From IMG/VR virus record IMGVR_UViG_3300003885_000004, positions 1-52,649 of that record: a stretch of DNA of 52,649 bases; one strand, given 5' to 3'. Both the position numbers and the translations under genes were made by a program. The notes beneath the pieces are model-generated. The model saw only the letters and a list, made by a program, of their open reading frames with translations, made no database searches and was not told the origin of the DNA. Below, in pieces: positions 37,235 through 47,196 of this stretch; positions within the stretch are counted from its first letter, which is position 1, and the number at the start of each line of letters is the position of its first letter. This stretch comes from a virus. Its lineage: Duplodnaviria > Caudoviricetes.

Positions 37235-38242
37235 CTAGACTGCTAGTGGAGTAGTTTTCCTTAGTACAGACTTACTAGGATCGAACCTGTATCTTCTAAC
37301 CATTATTCCATCAATAGTCTTATCTACCTGATCTCTATGCCACTTAAGAAGATCATTTTTAGGGTCAGCATTGGTTGGTCCACGACATTCATACAACAAA
37401 GCACCAGTTAACCTAGCGGATAAATCAACCAGTATTCCTTCGTATGGCTCCACAATGAAAGGTATCTTGTAAGGTCCCGCCCGCATCCTGCAATTGATCT
37501 CATTATCAGCTAGGTCAATAAACTTATCTATCCTAGTATCAACCTCACTAGTAAGTTTATTATTGTTTAAGTCAGCCCATTTGACAATGTTAGTTAGTCC
37601 GTATATAGCTTCAACATCAGATTTGACACAATAACGATTAGGTTGTACATCTTCGTCTAATGTACCACCAGATATTATAGTCACACCATTCGCAGCGGGG
37701 ATATGTGTCCTCACTGTACTAAGAGCATAGTCTAGTCTCCATTTCCTAGATAGTATCCAATTGATAACCTTATCCACATAGTCTCCATGCCAATTCAATT
37801 CATGTTTTTGTTCTGCGGAATCAGTTATACCTCGATGTTCATAGAGTAGAAACCCTGCAAGTCTAGTTGACAAGTTAATTATAGTTCTCGGATACGGGGG
37901 TACAAAAGGTACTTTATATGGGCCATCCCTTAGCTTAGCATCAATGATGGAATCTGCTTTAACCATCATCGCTATCATTCTGGCACGTTTGGCAGTAGAA
38001 TTCTTAGTATTATCTAAGTCTGCCCATATATTTACATTGTTAATGCCAAATAGGTTATCTAGCTCAGCTTTAGAAGAGTACCTATCTATGGTCTCTAACT
38101 CTATTTCACGATAGAGACCAAGAAGATCGCTTAGATCGGGCTCCTGAAAAGTTATAGCTGGAGCGATAGGTATTGGAAGTAGAGTATTGATACTCCCGAA
38201 ACTGAGCATAGAGAATAAATTCTCTTTTGTATCAAGAGCCAT
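37235..38242 (-). CDS. head-tail adaptor with two tandem Mu gp36 (DUF1320)-like domains
   Basis: Two copies of RY....L...(F/Y)G..N...WADL.N...AD..I...GPYK.PF...LS.RL.G.LLYE.RG. Confidence 0.75.
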   Translation of the reverse strand: MALDTKENLFSMLSFGSINTLLPIPIAPAITFQEPDLSDLLGLYREIELETIDRYSSKAELDNLFGINNVNIWADLDNTKNSTAKRARMIAMMVKADSIIDAKLRDGPYKVPFVPPYPRTIINLSTRLAGFLLYEHRGITDSAEQKHELNWHGDYVDKVINWILSRKWRLDYALSTVRTHIPAANGVTIISGGTLDEDVQPNRYCVKSDVEAIYGLTNIVKWADLNNNKLTSEVDTRIDKFIDLADNEINCRMRAGPYKIPFIVEPYEGILVDLSARLTGALLYECRGPTNADPKNDLLKWHRDQVDKTIDGIMVRRYRFDPSKSVLRKTTPLAV

Positions 38243-41200
38243 TTATAAACCAACTGTTAACTTGCCCTTAGTTGCGGAGGTAGCATCACCCGTAACAATA
38301 GTTTCTTGGTCAACTACGGTAGTCGCAAAGTTCCACAACTTAAACTTAGCGTTGTCTTGATCTTTCCTGTTAACATTTATCTTATACCCGTACCCTATCT
38401 TGGTAGCGAGACTAGCTATCTCGGGTGGATTCTCCTTAGGTGGTTCTCCGTAAACATCAACAGTAAGGGCACCAATCATTTCAGTTCGGACTTCAGCAAC
38501 AGTAACTGTACTTACAGCATAGTTGCCTTGTATTGTTGCAAGAGTAGCTCCGTCAACACCTGTAATGATAACGATATTAGATTCCATCTGACCAAGTGCT
38601 AATCCTGTACTGCCTATGATACCGTGGTCTATTACAGGTTCCTCCCAAACAGCAAAGGCAACCTGTGCTGCTGTAGGTGCATTACCTGCAACCAATGCTT
38701 CACCTGTACTGCCAAGTTGCTGGTAAAGACTAGTTTGTGCATCCCAGACACCTTGTACATTTTGTAACACTGTAGGTACGGCGGCAACGTTGACTATTAC
38801 CTGAGCTAATTGCGTACTATTTGCATCCATCTCCTGCCTATGCTGAACAGACACATTGTTATTTACAGCATTAGATGTTATAGCCCCTACAGCAAATGTT
38901 GAACTATCAATCGAACCTACGGCCATTGACCCTACGATAACCTGATCTACACCTGGATCAAAATTATTAAGAGTAGCTACACTGGCATCCACCTCAGACC
39001 TTACCTGCGCCCTCATAGAGGTTGACATAAGGCCAAGATCATTAAGACTTGCACCACCTACACCTATTCTAGTGTATGAGTCTCCTGTCTGTGCTATATG
39101 GCTTGTTAGAGCATCAGATATAATCCTACCAGCCGAACCTGGTATATAGGGACCTGGTAACTGTATAGGCCAAGGATCGCTACTTGCTCCAGCAGCAACT
39201 AATGCTTCACCAGTACTACCAGGTTGTTGATAAAGGCTAGTTTGTGCATCCCAGACACCTGTGACTATTTGACCTACAGTCAAACCAGCCCCACCCGCGG
39301 CTAATGAATCACTAATAGTATCAAATCCAGCACCAGCAATATCATTAAGGTTAAGGAACAATGTAGCTCCACCCCCTAAATCATTTGCCGTACCTATACG
39401 AGAACTAATCGTACTACTAGCATCTAGGTCCTGCCTAATGTCAAGAACGGAGTGCGTAGATACATCGTCAACAGTTATGATCGTAGTTGGGTTAACATCA
39501 AAAAAGAGAGAAAAGTTTTGTGCCAGTCCACTAGACCCGGCACCACCTATTGGTTCTGTAACAACAGTACCTAGAATCTGTGTTAAATTAGCAGATACAG
39601 TTTCGAGATTAGGTACATTAGTGATAGGAGGGGTTATAGTACCGTCTACACCCAAACGATACCGTATATTCTCTCTTTCTGTTGCTGTCCAATCCGTTCC
39701 ACCTACACCCCCACCTACATCATCTACAATGGATGTAGTTAGCGCATTAGCATTACCATAAAACACACTAAAGTTATCCGCCAATAGAGTAGTTGTAACG
39801 GGGGGTGATAATGGCGCTCCCGATATCTCAATAAGATTAGCGTCTACTGTACCAGAAAACCCAGTATTAGCTAATGCAATAGCCGTGAACTGAGTGACTC
39901 CACCCCCATTATCCTGTACTAGCTCATTAGCCCAAGATGTAGCTATACCTGGGGGTGTAGCTGGGTTGTAGTCAACTGCGAACATCCTATCCAAGAATAT
40001 CGCAACAAGGGCATCGTTAGTTTTAGTCTGTATCTGAGTCTGCATGCCCGAAGACATTCCGCCAAGAGCATTAAGATTTATACCACCTGTACCAATTATT
40101 GGACCAACATCTAAAGTCTGTGGAGCACTATTAGAAACATTACCAGTAGTAGCGACTAAGCTAATAGTTCCTGCACTAGTATCAAGAGGCACCCCTCCTG
40201 TGAAGAAATCAAAGATATCCATTGGGTCGTCAGCAACGAGACCTTTCCAATAACCTACATCTACTTTCGGAACACCTCCAACTGACGGAGTAGCAACAGT
40301 GACACCTGCCCAACTAATAACATTGACATTAGTTCCACCAACCCCCACACCTACATCATCAACAGTATTAGTTGTTAAGGCATTAGCATTGCCATAAAAC
40401 ACACTAAAATTGTCTGCTAACAAAGTAGATGTAGCTGGAGGAGTTAAGGGTGCCCCTGCTATATTGGCCATATTGACATTTGGGACACCCGGTGTCAAAG
40501 GAGTAGTAACAGCAACACCTGCCCAACTAACAACGTTAACGTCTGAACCACTTGCATCTGCTAAAGCTTCAAGAGAGTCTGTAGTATTGTCAAATGAAGT
40601 CCAAACAGGTGTTACACTCTTTGAAACCATATTAGCAATAATGGAATTAGCAACAACATCAGTTGGACCTACAGTTGTGCTTATCAACTTGTCTAACTGA
40701 ATAACAGATAGAGCAGTATCAGGTAGATTTCCAGGTGGAGAACCTAGCCAAGTATTCACATTATCTACCTGATCTACACTCTTACTAGTTATGCTATCCC
40801 CATTGTCGTAAAAGGTACTAAAGTTTGCACTGAGATTATCTGCTGTAGTTTGACCTAAAGCACCGCCAAGTATTTGCATCGTATTAGCCTGTACTACACC
40901 AGTAGCGTCAAATCCATTGGCACCCGAAGCGTATAATGCATCATAAATGGCTTCTTCAACAACCATAAACTTCGCAGTAACAACTAATGCACCAGAAACC
41001 AGTACAGATACCTCTAATTCTCCTACGGTATCTGTATCCGATGCGGATAGAGATACGCCATACATGCCATTCACATCTGATGTTGCCCCAGCCGAAGCAT
41101 TAACGGATGCCACACCATTTTTTGACAACTTAACATCTGTATTAGCTATAGTCAACCCGTCATTAGGCGTTTTAAAATCAACATCACTAACAAAAGGACC

Positions 41201-41251
41201 TATTCTCCTGCCCTGCGTAGCAGTAGACTGTCTTAAGTAAATAGATGACAT
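38243..41251 (-). CDS. large repetitive Gly/Thr/Val-rich virion-associated protein
   Basis: 1002 aa; internal repeats TLLADNFSVFYGNANALTT, VWDAQTSLYQQ.GSTGEAL, VNV.SWAGV. Confidence 0.7.
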   Translation of the reverse strand: MSSIYLRQSTATQGRRIGPFVSDVDFKTPNDGLTIANTDVKLSKNGVASVNASAGATSDVNGMYGVSLSASDTDTVGELEVSVLVSGALVVTAKFMVVEEAIYDALYASGANGFDATGVVQANTMQILGGALGQTTADNLSANFSTFYDNGDSITSKSVDQVDNVNTWLGSPPGNLPDTALSVIQLDKLISTTVGPTDVVANSIIANMVSKSVTPVWTSFDNTTDSLEALADASGSDVNVVSWAGVAVTTPLTPGVPNVNMANIAGAPLTPPATSTLLADNFSVFYGNANALTTNTVDDVGVGVGGTNVNVISWAGVTVATPSVGGVPKVDVGYWKGLVADDPMDIFDFFTGGVPLDTSAGTISLVATTGNVSNSAPQTLDVGPIIGTGGINLNALGGMSSGMQTQIQTKTNDALVAIFLDRMFAVDYNPATPPGIATSWANELVQDNGGGVTQFTAIALANTGFSGTVDANLIEISGAPLSPPVTTTLLADNFSVFYGNANALTTSIVDDVGGGVGGTDWTATERENIRYRLGVDGTITPPITNVPNLETVSANLTQILGTVVTEPIGGAGSSGLAQNFSLFFDVNPTTIITVDDVSTHSVLDIRQDLDASSTISSRIGTANDLGGGATLFLNLNDIAGAGFDTISDSLAAGGAGLTVGQIVTGVWDAQTSLYQQPGSTGEALVAAGASSDPWPIQLPGPYIPGSAGRIISDALTSHIAQTGDSYTRIGVGGASLNDLGLMSTSMRAQVRSEVDASVATLNNFDPGVDQVIVGSMAVGSIDSSTFAVGAITSNAVNNNVSVQHRQEMDANSTQLAQVIVNVAAVPTVLQNVQGVWDAQTSLYQQLGSTGEALVAGNAPTAAQVAFAVWEEPVIDHGIIGSTGLALGQMESNIVIITGVDGATLATIQGNYAVSTVTVAEVRTEMIGALTVDVYGEPPKENPPEIASLATKIGYGYKINVNRKDQDNAKFKLWNFATTVVDQETIVTGDATSATKGKLTVGL

Positions 41252-41264
41252 TATTGTTCATCCT

Positions 41265-42059
41265 TTAAGAGTAAACACCGAGATTTTGTAAATGATGGTA
41301 CATTGCTGCTCCATCATCCCCTACTGGAGGTAAAGGTCCACCTGGAGGCAGAAATTCTTGCAATGGCTTTTTAGGAAATGGGCTAATTGGTACATAATCT
41401 AGTAAAGAGACACTTACGGGTGTTCCTGGGTTATTAAACCCAGAGTAATCAGGTTGTGTACCTAATCCACTAAGCCCATAATAAGACAATAATTCACAAC
41501 CATCAAGAATAAGTAACGGATTTCTTTGCACTACCTTAAGTTGACTTAGTGTCAAGTCAGTAAGTGGCCATACAGCAACAGTTGCTATACGACCCTCAAA
41601 AGGAAAACCAGTGCTTGCCTGTCCAACTAAGAATGGGTCGCTAGTTTTGGAAGCATAACTTCCCGAAGACGGCGTATTAGAAGAATAACTAACTTCAGAA
41701 ACCTCTGTATCAAGGTCACCCCAAAACAGCCTGACTTCTGGTGTTGTATTAAACTGGAATACGACAGCCAAAAAATTCCACTGATTGACTAATACAGTAT
41801 TTATAACACTAAGAGAGTCCGCAGTTTGTGATATATGCGGAGCAAACCCTCTCATAGCCCCTGGACCTAAAGCATCACTAGAAGCAAGCCTAGTTTCAAA
41901 ACCAGACGCTGCATTTCCACAAACCTGCTTGAAAACAGCATCTATGTTTGTTGGATACACCCATGCAGCCATTGTAAAAGCAAGAGTCAGGGAGTCCCCT
42001 ATAGTCGGACCAATACCATGGTTTACTAAAGCAGACGAATTCTGAAAAGATAAAGACAC
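41265..42059 (-). CDS. LamG/concanavalin A-like lectin domain virion protein
   Basis: FTMAAWVYP, NQWNFLAVVF, F.GRIA.VAVW...LT, DYSG. Confidence 0.75.
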   Translation of the reverse strand: MSLSFQNSSALVNHGIGPTIGDSLTLAFTMAAWVYPTNIDAVFKQVCGNAASGFETRLASSDALGPGAMRGFAPHISQTADSLSVINTVLVNQWNFLAVVFQFNTTPEVRLFWGDLDTEVSEVSYSSNTPSSGSYASKTSDPFLVGQASTGFPFEGRIATVAVWPLTDLTLSQLKVVQRNPLLILDGCELLSYYGLSGLGTQPDYSGFNNPGTPVSVSLLDYVPISPFPKKPLQEFLPPGGPLPPVGDDGAAMYHHLQNLGVYS

Positions 42060-42062
42060 TTA

Positions 42063-42569
42063 TTAGGTTTCCCTTCCGATCATTTGGTCTACCCATAGCT
42101 GCGCATCACCAACAAGGGCACCCGCCTCCGGCGCATTTCTTTGCAGTCTAACAATAGCTAACTCTCCGTCCAACCAACCATCTATCTGTGCATTAGTCAA
42201 CGCTACAAGAGTATTGGTGAACTTACCAACAGCATCCGCAGTTGTACCGAACACCCCTTGGTACGCATAAGTTTTTGATGTAGTTAAAACAGTCACATCC
42301 GCTTCCATACGCCTGATAGCTATTCTCCATTCTACATCCCCAGTTACTTGTGTATTACCAAACCAAGGAATAGCAAATGTCAAACCGCCCCCAGCATATC
42401 CCTCCAATAGACATGCAAAGTCAAGATACTCTGGTATACTATCATCGAAATTCCAGATATTGACCTTTTCTGCTGGCGTAGTTCCACCAGTAATCTGCCC
42501 AGGAGTAGCAAATGCTATTGATAGGGGCATAATGCCCAAGAAATGAACTACAGAATCGCCACTTGCCAT
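42063..42569 (-). CDS. putative virion structural protein
   Basis: Head-module location. Confidence 0.6.
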   Translation of the reverse strand: MASGDSVVHFLGIMPLSIAFATPGQITGGTTPAEKVNIWNFDDSIPEYLDFACLLEGYAGGGLTFAIPWFGNTQVTGDVEWRIAIRRMEADVTVLTTSKTYAYQGVFGTTADAVGKFTNTLVALTNAQIDGWLDGELAIVRLQRNAPEAGALVGDAQLWVDQMIGRET

Positions 42570-42781
42570 TACATCACCTTAAACTCATTAGCACATTTAG
42601 GGCAAAATACATTCCCATAGTCTGCCCCTAAGACTTCAAAAAACTCAAGTTGATTCTCTATACTAAGGTCTTGTTCCAATCTCTGAACACTCTGATAATG
42701 GCTAAACGGCTTACCGGAGGAACTAAGAACCTCGTCAAGAGGGGTATACTTACATGATTGACATTGAATTATTGGCATCAT
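42569..42781 (-). CDS. small Zn-ribbon protein
   Basis: CQSC ... CPKC. Confidence 0.6.
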   Translation of the reverse strand: MMPIIQCQSCKYTPLDEVLSSSGKPFSHYQSVQRLEQDLSIENQLEFFEVLGADYGNVFCPKCANEFKVM

Positions 42782-43314
42782 ACAACACCAACGACGCTCG
42801 GAACAACTGGATCATCACTAATACCTGAATTGATGTCATCCTTGTAATCTTTCACAGCATTCCCTAGCTGTCTAAGTTTGGTATTACTCCAGTTACTCGG
42901 AATAGCTGCACGAAGATTATCAACATTCCCTGTAGAAGCTTTCATGGTATTGAGAGCTAATTGTAGCTCCAATAGTCTTGTAAGTATGTAATTGTCTTGC
43001 TTATTGTAAGCCTGGACAACAGCTCTGTCTGTAACTCCTAGGGGCATCTGCCCCTCAATACGGTTAGTTACATTTTTTCTTGTATCTGACTGAATCTTAG
43101 CATCTATTGCTGCATCAACAGATGCCTTTTCAGGAGCCGTCATCTCACCTATATCTGTATTTCCAGATATGAGTTTCCAATACTTAGGTTCAACAGACCC
43201 ATGTAGAACATCAAACCCGGCAGGATTACGCAACCAATCTGCTGGCGGAAAGTTTTGCGTAGCCGCAGACTCTTGAAAATTAGCTGGATTAGCTTTCTCA
43301 ACTACTGTTGCCAT
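42778..43314 (-). CDS. hypothetical virion-associated protein
   Basis: V.PKYWK.....EMT..EK...DAA motif; follows the portal. Confidence 0.65.
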   Translation of the reverse strand: MATVVEKANPANFQESAATQNFPPADWLRNPAGFDVLHGSVEPKYWKLISGNTDIGEMTAPEKASVDAAIDAKIQSDTRKNVTNRIEGQMPLGVTDRAVVQAYNKQDNYILTRLLELQLALNTMKASTGNVDNLRAAIPSNWSNTKLRQLGNAVKDYKDDINSGISDDPVVPSVVGVV

Positions 43315-44603
43315 TATAGAACTCCACTAGATACAGGTAACTCAAAGTCAGTTGTATTCTCACTCTCAGGTATATCTAGTATGTCTCTGATTGTTTTGAA
43401 GTCGATATTAGTGACCTCTGTTTCAATCAACTTAGGATTACCTAGTATCTTGAAATACAACTCTTTTAAAGCCCTTTTCTTCTTGTCCACTACTTCATTA
43501 GCTTTAATGAATACAGTGTTCTCAGTACCAGGACCGTAATTCTCAACTAACAATTGGTTAACTAGATGCCAATTGGTCGTCAATATTATTTCATTATGCC
43601 TCATCTGAAGATTCAAGAAAGCAAAATCACCGTGTTCACCTGCATCAGCCTTAGTGCCATGCTTACCCTCTGTAACAGACCTCTCTGGAAACCCAAGACC
43701 CCTAACCATAAGCATATCGTAATACTTAGCCTTATTTATTAGAGATATTCCTGCATTTCCGCTAGCCGAGATAAGCTCTATCTTCCAAGCATCCTCATTT
43801 GTCTCCATATTCAAGTCACTTATCCACCGCTGTAACTCCCTAGGCACTATGATAACTCCAGATGCCTTTAACCTACTCTCAATAGACAAGGCTATATCAT
43901 AGTTGTCTGTTTCTTTCCCATTGACTTCACTAGTACCTATAGGGTAATGTATTACCCAGTGAGAACCTGCAATCTTCTCATCATATCTCTGACTAGAATC
44001 ATTTAGAATCAGACCCCTATCATAGGGACCTTCTACATTTCGCATCGTAGCATTTCCATACCAATTAGTCCCTTCAACATCAAAATTGTACAACAAAGAC
44101 TTACGCCTACTCAAAAAAACTTCATTGTACTGTTTTATCTGTCTTTGATAGAACCCATTAAACCTACCACTTTTTTTGATCACTCTTATCTGGGTATCAT
44201 CATGTATTAAGGGCTTAAGTTTTCCTATACCTGTACTTCCATCTGCTCTATGAACAAAGACTTTCTCAAATGGTTGCCACCCAAAGTCAGTACAACCAAG
44301 TAAAGATGTCTTAACAAGGTGAAATCGTATCGGAGACAGCTCCCCCTGTATAAACTCAAGAGCACCTTTAGGGGCTTCCTTAGTTGATTGTATAGACCAA
44401 CCTGCTGATAAAGGTCCAGATACAATAAGAGCCCTAACTAATGCTATAGTAGGGTCCCTACGCATTAGTCGTACTTTAGTGTACCAATCGAACTGCTGGT
44501 CGGTATCATTAAGAGAAATAACATTACTCTCAACAATAGAAACCTTACTAGGGTTTAACTGACTGACAGTTCTTTCTCTCTTAAGTTTTTCTTGAGTTAT
44601 CAT
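43314..44603 (-). CDS. portal protein (Mu gp29/DUF935-like)
   Basis: Follows TerL; FGWQPFEKV, WYG, GTKA.A.EH, LV..L...NYG. Confidence 0.85.
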   Translation of the reverse strand: MITQEKLKRERTVSQLNPSKVSIVESNVISLNDTDQQFDWYTKVRLMRRDPTIALVRALIVSGPLSAGWSIQSTKEAPKGALEFIQGELSPIRFHLVKTSLLGCTDFGWQPFEKVFVHRADGSTGIGKLKPLIHDDTQIRVIKKSGRFNGFYQRQIKQYNEVFLSRRKSLLYNFDVEGTNWYGNATMRNVEGPYDRGLILNDSSQRYDEKIAGSHWVIHYPIGTSEVNGKETDNYDIALSIESRLKASGVIIVPRELQRWISDLNMETNEDAWKIELISASGNAGISLINKAKYYDMLMVRGLGFPERSVTEGKHGTKADAGEHGDFAFLNLQMRHNEIILTTNWHLVNQLLVENYGPGTENTVFIKANEVVDKKKRALKELYFKILGNPKLIETEVTNIDFKTIRDILDIPESENTTDFELPVSSGVL

Positions 44604-45940
44604 CTTACTAACTGTATCACCCTGTTTGTACCAATGCTAACTTTCGCGCTATCACTACCCATCTTAATCCTTATAGGGAACCTACGGAAAATTAGATAGC
44701 CAAAAGCATCCGACATGTGGCCACCATCCTTACCCTTTTCATCATTAACTGTACGAGTACCTGACTTATATGACCTACTGCTCAAATCCTTGATGAGATA
44801 CTTGCATTTTGGTGAAATAAAACAACGTACTTCACCTGCTGCATTCTTGAAAATAGAATTACAAGAAGCAAAACGATCCGCAATACTTGGATTCGACCTA
44901 AGATAGTATAATTTCTTATTCTCAAACCTAGTATCGTTCTTTATGTATGCATAGTCTGTGAACTCAGCAGATGACACTCTATGTCCTGATGAGGCATCAC
45001 CATAAAACTCAAACCCACCCTTATGTCCACCATACATCTTCCATAACTCATTCAGTGTATCAGGTGTATTAGTGTTACGCAGAAATATCTCATCAAACAC
45101 ATAAACCTTGCCATCATAAATATGTGACAAGCACCAAGACATGGGGTTAACATTAAAATCAGACGAGACACAAATAGGTAGTGATGGGTCGTATGTCACC
45201 GAAGACTTAACATTCACTTCTTCGTCAAAAGCATAGAATATAGCCCCACCCGTAGTTTGCCATGTAGCATCAAACTGTTCAGCGTAGTCTCTCTCATCTA
45301 ATTGATGTTTATACGCAAATAGCTGTTGTTCCGTTAAAACAGTATCACTCTTCCATGTGTAAGTTTCTATACTATCATCCATACCATCTAATGTTCCCCC
45401 TCTCTCTCCTTTCTGACAATACTTCCTAAAGAAGTCAGAACCAATCCCTGCTCTCTTAGGAACCCCTATTAGCCATAACCAAGCAAGTTTATGGGCCAAA
45501 GTAGGCATTAGTCCTGTATAGAGAAACTCCTCTAATTTTTGATCACAACATTCATCAATAACACCGCCATCCCACTGCACACCTTCAATACGTTGTGGCT
45601 GATCTAACCCAACAACATATATCTGAGACCCAAATACGGTATCAATAACCATTTCAGAGACATTGGGCTTACCAGAAATCCATTCTTTAGGTATAAGGCT
45701 AACTAGGTCATGCCATGCGACTCTCTTTGCCTGCTTATAAGTAGGTAAACCATAGAAAAATTTAACATCTTCCCAAGGTCTTTTAACAGGCAACCAGCGT
45801 ACTATGTATCGTTTTGCTATAGAAGTTTTGCCACTACCTCTTCCTGCATACACTGCCTTAAACCTAGCTTTAGACCGCCACAACTTACTTTGCAAGTAAT
45901 GTGGTTTAAACGTTTCCCAATGTGAAGGTAGAGCTACCAT
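44600..45940 (-). CDS. terL: terminase large subunit
   Basis: H..Q, AGRGSGKT, PT.KQA, G....G.VIDE, nuclease DFNVNP, GDAS, H..DA.GY; start probably ATG 45940 (ORF track 45982). Confidence 0.93.
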   Translation of the reverse strand: MVALPSHWETFKPHYLQSKLWRSKARFKAVYAGRGSGKTSIAKRYIVRWLPVKRPWEDVKFFYGLPTYKQAKRVAWHDLVSLIPKEWISGKPNVSEMVIDTVFGSQIYVVGLDQPQRIEGVQWDGGVIDECCDQKLEEFLYTGLMPTLAHKLAWLWLIGVPKRAGIGSDFFRKYCQKGERGGTLDGMDDSIETYTWKSDTVLTEQQLFAYKHQLDERDYAEQFDATWQTTGGAIFYAFDEEVNVKSSVTYDPSLPICVSSDFNVNPMSWCLSHIYDGKVYVFDEIFLRNTNTPDTLNELWKMYGGHKGGFEFYGDASSGHRVSSAEFTDYAYIKNDTRFENKKLYYLRSNPSIADRFASCNSIFKNAAGEVRCFISPKCKYLIKDLSSRSYKSGTRTVNDEKGKDGGHMSDAFGYLIFRRFPIRIKMGSDSAKVSIGTNRVIQLVR

Positions 45941-45952
45941 TACGTCTCTAAT

Positions 45953-45974
45953 AAAAATGGGGCATCCGTGCCCC
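45953..45974 (-). terminator. Rho-independent terminator-like hairpin before terL
   Basis: GGGGCA-CGGA-TGCCCC-ATTTTT. Confidence 0.55.
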
Positions 45975-45993
45975 TCCCTCATGCCATACCCAA

Positions 45994-46398
45994 CTACCTA
46001 CTGCGGAACCTTGTACGAGTAGTTTGATTAAGAACTGTTTTACCAAGCGAACGATCCCTATTCTTAAGCCTTCGATAAAGAAGTTTAAGAACAATCGGCC
46101 GCAGTTCTAACTCACCAATGCCAATATTAGCACCAATGTTTGCTCCAATACCAATACTAGAGCATACACCACCTAGAACAGGCACTTGCATTTGCTGCAT
46201 AGCGTACCCTGGGTAGTTGCTCACAGTTTGGCTTAACTGTTGTGTAGTCTGTGATACAATCACTGGCCCCCCAATCTGGGATGTCATTGATCCAGCTACG
46301 ACAGGGGCGAGAGGGATGTCTGTCTGACCCGCAGTAAGACTCCTATTCAACGACAACACTAACAACACTGACATACAACATACAATCTTTCCCATCAC
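45994..46398 (-). CDS. secreted/membrane protein with basic C-terminus
   Basis: Signal-peptide-like N-terminus; GGGAAG RBS. Confidence 0.6.
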   Translation of the reverse strand: MMGKIVCCMSVLLVLSLNRSLTAGQTDIPLAPVVAGSMTSQIGGPVIVSQTTQQLSQTVSNYPGYAMQQMQVPVLGGVCSSIGIGANIGANIGIGELELRPIVLKLLYRRLKNRDRSLGKTVLNQTTRTRFRSR

Positions 46399-46405
46399 AC
46401 TTCCC

Positions 46406-47047
46406 CTATCTTAAGATTAAAGAACAGTAAGTACCTTTTCTTGTCTTTACGCAGGAGGCACCAGCCTTACGAAACCTATTCGACATAGCGTAGCAAGCAT
46501 TAGCAATCGGGTTACCTCTACTGCTGTAAGACACTCCTTCAGCCCTGCCCGGACTAAAACTACCCCTTACATGAGACATTCGCCCATTCCTAGCTTGTCT
46601 GTTAGCCCTTTCACTAGCTACTTTAGTTAAACTGGCATCATATTGATACTCAGGTAACCCTTTAGCCCGTCTACGATTGTTCAAAACAGCCAAGTCATTG
46701 TTCTGTACAGACTGTACAGACTGACCCCCTAGAGTTCATGTAGGGCAAAGGTCAACTGCTTGTTGTGCAATCTGTCCCTGTAAGTCCTGCAATTGTGCAA
46801 TAGATTCCTCAGATTTTGATTGCCCTAGTTGCGCCATTAAGGCTTTCTGATGATTCACCCTCTCCAACAAACTAACTAATACTTGCTGCTGCTTCAACAA
46901 TTCCAGACGTTGTATCTGTTGTTGTTTGAATTGTTCTAACTGTTGTTCCTGCTGTATTACAAATTGTTGCAAAGATACAGCATCAATATCCTCAGTTTGA
47001 GCCGAAAGAGGAACTACAAACAACAGTAAACACAAAAACATTCTCAT
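46406..47047 (-). CDS. secreted coiled-coil + CxxU + CAP (SCP/PR-1) domain protein, candidate selenoprotein (ORFs 46736..47047 and 46406..46693 joined across the in-frame TGA at 46736)
   Basis: Signal peptide and Q-rich coil, then CPT-TGA-TLGGQ..., then CAP motif N..R...GL.....D.SL...A...A..QA..G.MSH...AEGV; the CAP part begins only at a TTG without a clear RBS. Confidence 0.65.
46694..46725 (-). promoter_or_regulatory. candidate SECIS hairpin GUCA..UCUGUACA-GUC-UGUACAGA..UGAC
   Basis: Apical loop starting with G, 23 nt downstream of the in-frame UGA. Confidence 0.5.
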
Positions 47048-47196
47048 TTAACCACCTCTTCTGAATAGCGAACTAAAAGAGTTCTCCACAAAAACGTTGC
47101 GCCAGGTTTAGATACAGTAATAAACCGACGGTATGCCCTAATCATCAATTTTTCATCATCAGACAATATATCATTGTCCGTCTTTTCTGTACACAC
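47044..47196 (-). CDS. hypothetical 50-aa protein (below ORF-track cutoff)
   Basis: GTG directly after the upstream TAA; ends in an ATGA overlap. Confidence 0.45.
   Translation of the reverse strand: MCTEKTDNDILSDDEKLMIRAYRRFITVSKPGATFLWRTLLVRYSEEVVK

Noticed and set aside
33917-44603. Transposable Mu-like or temperate phage
   Set aside because: Only the head and neck genes are Mu-like. No transposase, integrase or CI-type repressor was recognised, and the phage has its own PolA replisome.
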